Shown in pieces: positions 60,826 through 64,000 of a stretch of DNA of 64,000 bases. The number at the start of each line of letters is the position of its first letter. Within the stretch, counting starts at the first letter, position 1. The stretch is from positions 59,272,001 to 59,336,000 of the forward strand of contig OZ320314.1 of the NCBI GenBank assembly GCA_976226885.1. The letters are read 5' to 3'. The notes beneath the pieces were generated by a model. That model worked only from the letters and a program-made list of their open reading frames with translations, was not told the origin of the DNA and did no database searches. The position numbers were made by a program, and so were the translations under genes. The stretch is from Iphione sp. A-MEVVRFRX5 (taxonomy: Eukaryota).

Positions 60826-63800
60826 CATATTTTTTGAACATGGTAATGTCAAGGTATAAGTCTCATTTATGTTACCATGGTAATAGATTACAAATACCAC
60901 ATATAGAAATACATTCTAAAGCATATGTATTTAGTAATAGTAACGACAAGCATGTCGACTTTTACCAGTCTCCTAGGCATGCTGAAAAAACGTATTTTGA
61001 ATATTCATATTTATTACAAGCCAAAATTGTCACTAAAGTCCAATATTCAATAAGAGATTGCATAGCGCGTCATATGGAGGCATTTGGCTTAATGTAGACT
61101 GATGGAGAAGAATGTCCATAGAAGCGTGTGGATCATTGGACAAGCATCGTGCTTCGCTTCAGTCTTCCCAAGTGACTGGTGATTAATGCTTTCTTCCCTT
61201 CAACCTCAGCAAAGGCCCTATGATTAATGCAAGCGCCCCCCCCCCACCTTCTTCCAATGTTTTTGTCGGTTTGTGTGTTCTCCTCTTCACTCTCACTATG
61301 TGTCTAGTGATGCATGAAGATATGAACATTGTTATGATAGCTTATAAAGTCTTTATCGGAAAAATCACTCACAGGTTGACCATACACATGTACAGCCATC
61401 GATGCCCTATACACCCGTTCTTAAATTTGACTTAACAAGAATAACATTACGAGTATTACGAGGTTTCATGTTTTGTGCATTGAACAAAGTTTTATTGTTT
61501 TTGCAAGTTGTTTTCTTTGTGGGCGAGACAAATTAAGTTATGACTGTCATGACTTGCCCTACGATCAGCCTAGGCAGTTTCATACCGACAAATCAATTAT
61601 ATTGATTACCATTAGTTACAGGACGGCGCTTATCTTTAACGATAAAGTACAATACAAAATTAGAAAAAATACTTGTATTCATACAATGTTATCCTACATA
61701 CATGGAGTTCTAAGTGTGTGCCGAATTTGTTTCCTATACAATCTGTCTGGTTCAAGAATGTGGGCCTTGAAATGATGACCCTCTTTGATAGAGGTGGTCT
61801 TACTCCAAATATGACTTGAATATTCTTAATTATTTGCGTCCGATATGCACGTTAATAAATTCCCTTTCCCATCTTTTTCTGGGCGTCAAAAGAGTTACCT
61901 GTTTGCTCAGTATGTGTGTTTTTCTACAAATATGCTCGGTTCCGAACTTCGTTGCTGCGACTTTTTAGGCAATTTTTGACACAAACAATTGTGCATTAGA
62001 GTAAATTGAAAAATAATTTACTTCAATACGTCAAAAATAGATAAAATCACCTTTAATCTAAAAACAATTTGCTCGGCTCTAAGTTCCACATGTCTTCTTC
62101 AAAAACAAGTCGCCTGGCACCGTCTGGGTCACCCCCTCCCATGTAACCACACTCACACAACACTGCCAATTTGTTTCTGTGATGACATCACTAAACAACA
62201 TGGTCACCAAGCGAGAAGGTATCTTGTATCTAGAAAACAGGGGATAAATCAGTTTCTGTGCGCAGTGGAACTGATCTTATTTCTATCAATATTAGACTAG
62301 AGGTTGACCGATCGAAGTAAAGTATGGAGAAAAATTCTAAACTGGGCAAGATTCGGCTTCAAGGTAGTTAGATTTACAAGGACTGGTTGGTCTACTTAGT
62401 GCGGAGGTTTGGAGGCGGAGCAACACCATTCCTGATTTCCCCCTCCACCAGAGATGGCGGAAACAGCACGGCTGTTGGTAAAATATGCCGCGCATTTACT
62501 GCTTAGCTCTCACAATCACACACCAAAGTAGATGATATTGTTTGAAATGTAATGTCACTATGTGTTTATGAGCAAATATTTACTGTCCTATTGAATGAAT
62601 GTGGTCGAGTCAACGGAATCTCTTGTCTGTACCTTCATCTACGTTTAAGATTTGATAAAATTTGGTAGAGGCACCATGACGCACCATATGGCGAGTTGAT
62701 GTCACCATCCTATGACTTACACATTTTAAATGCATTTATGCAAGTATTTATAGAGGTATATATAGAGAGAGACGGAGATATATCGTCTATATATCTGCAT
62801 TTAGTATAGTGTATAGCCCCGGCAGAGCCGTGTATCGTCGCAGTTCTGTATGATGGAAACCTATTTATACTGCATCTACTTCGCATTTTGTTTTCCAAAT
62901 TACGTTGAATTATTCAATCTCCCCTCATAAAAGACGTACGTGTACTAGTGTTTACAGAAACATACAGTGTATAGATAATATCATTATCTATTTTTAGAGA
63001 GAAGCATATCTACTTGCGTCGTTGATCGTCGACAGATGTGGGAGGTTTTCCATTAAAATTCGAATATTTTCTTTTGTTCTATGCGATGTTACGACCTGTC
63101 AAGGCTCTAGCCTTCGATGCTTAGCCAGTGCGCAAGCAGTTCAGGATTGGAATCATATTACGCATGCGCATCGCCTAGCGTTCCGATCACTTTCAGTGCC
63201 TAGTTGACAACGCCTACGGAGGGCCACCTGGTGCTCGTTTTATCTGCTAGTGGTGTCGGCCTGACACCCGAATCAGTGGCGCTCACTACCAGCTATGAGC
63301 CCGTAGTGGTGCATTGCCAGGTCCACAGCTCTGGCACTGGACTTTAGAGGCAGGAAACAGATATCAAATGTGTTTGGCCTTTGTTAAATTTTGTGCTTTG
63401 GCTGATCGAATACACGTATGTATCTCTACGCGGCGTCCATATGTGTATCCCATGCACGTGCACCTGCATATATACATGTACATGTACATGGTTTAAGAAT
63501 TTGAGTGACTGGTAGATAAAGTAAATGTACGTGCGATAATTGCAGAACATGAATGTGTAGTGTTCGAACTACACAAGCGACATATGTACATAAGCTTTAC
63601 ATGAAAGAAATATATCTAGTCTAGAAGTACGGAATACAGTTCCATTCAAGCGATATAGATAGAAAACAGGGGCGATTTATTTGCAACGGAATACGAATGG
63701 AAATGTGATCAGCAACTAATAAAACATGTATCCTTGACGAGCCTGTTTAGTAAAAATGCTTAGAGCTGCACAGCTGAGGGAAGCGAATTAGGTCGGTGCC

Positions 63801-64000
63801 GCGTAACGAACATATCATACTGCCATGAATGCTAATCACTAGCAGTAATAGGTCATATAACAAAGCTGTGGCCATGCTTCTCAGTGATTCACATTCAATC
63901 TAGTGTACCTGAGCACTGTCGCTCAATGCATTATCGAATAGAGTTGCAAGTGAAATATTGCTCAATGTGATGGGGTTGAAAATGGTCCCCGTACTTTCAT

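Noticed and set aside
14199-62054. Single Kolobok-like termini TTAA(A)GGTGA at 11883, 14199 and (reverse) 62045-62056
   Set aside because: No matching partner end at a plausible distance; short motifs expected by chance.
1-64000. Window-wide enrichment of AP-2 (GCCN3GGC) or TCF (ATCAAAG) sites
   Set aside because: Manual counts (about 7 and about 17) are close to expectation (about 6 and about 11); only the local cluster at 11248-11324 is reported.
1-64000. tRNA, tRNA-derived SINE, snoRNA, miRNA hairpin, rRNA, CRISPR array
   Set aside because: A few isolated B-box-like or C-box-like words (near 455, 1263, 13855, 28665, 49780) lacked the partner box or stem. Nothing supportable by eye; Infernal/Rfam and tRNAscan-SE would settle it.

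Overview
Eukaryotic genomic DNA, not prokaryotic. No operons, CRISPR arrays, rRNA or tRNA were seen. About 43% GC (by eye), abundant TACATGTA and the AP-2 sequence suggest a marine invertebrate bilaterian, most likely amphioxus; this is inference. The window holds the 5' half of one AP-2 family transcription factor gene (TFAP2) on the minus strand. I could assemble four coding exons with GT-AG junctions and matching phases: a probable first coding exon MLLPME (37427-37410), the PY-motif activation-domain exon (36189-35725), a 61-nt linker exon (20005-19945) and the first DNA-binding-domain exon (6499-6301). The remaining basic and helix-span-helix exons were not found and presumably lie left of position 1. 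The rest is large introns (about 15.7 kb, 13.4 kb and >6.3 kb) and at least 24 kb of upstream DNA with no recognisable gene. These regions carry many CpG-retaining enhancer-like patches, four (CT/AG)n microsatellites, one Kolobok-like MITE nested in a decayed GGGTTA-like tract, and two assembly gaps. I found no convincing new multi-gene system. The best leads are: a cluster of AP-2 sites inside the AP-2 gene itself; an octamer+Sox promoter element recalling the mammalian AP-2alpha promoter; candidate alternative first exons; a 45-nt in-frame cassette exon; roughly 15-fold excess of TACATGTA, possibly Tc1/mariner excision footprints; and a tail-only palindromic insertion between 16-nt direct repeats.
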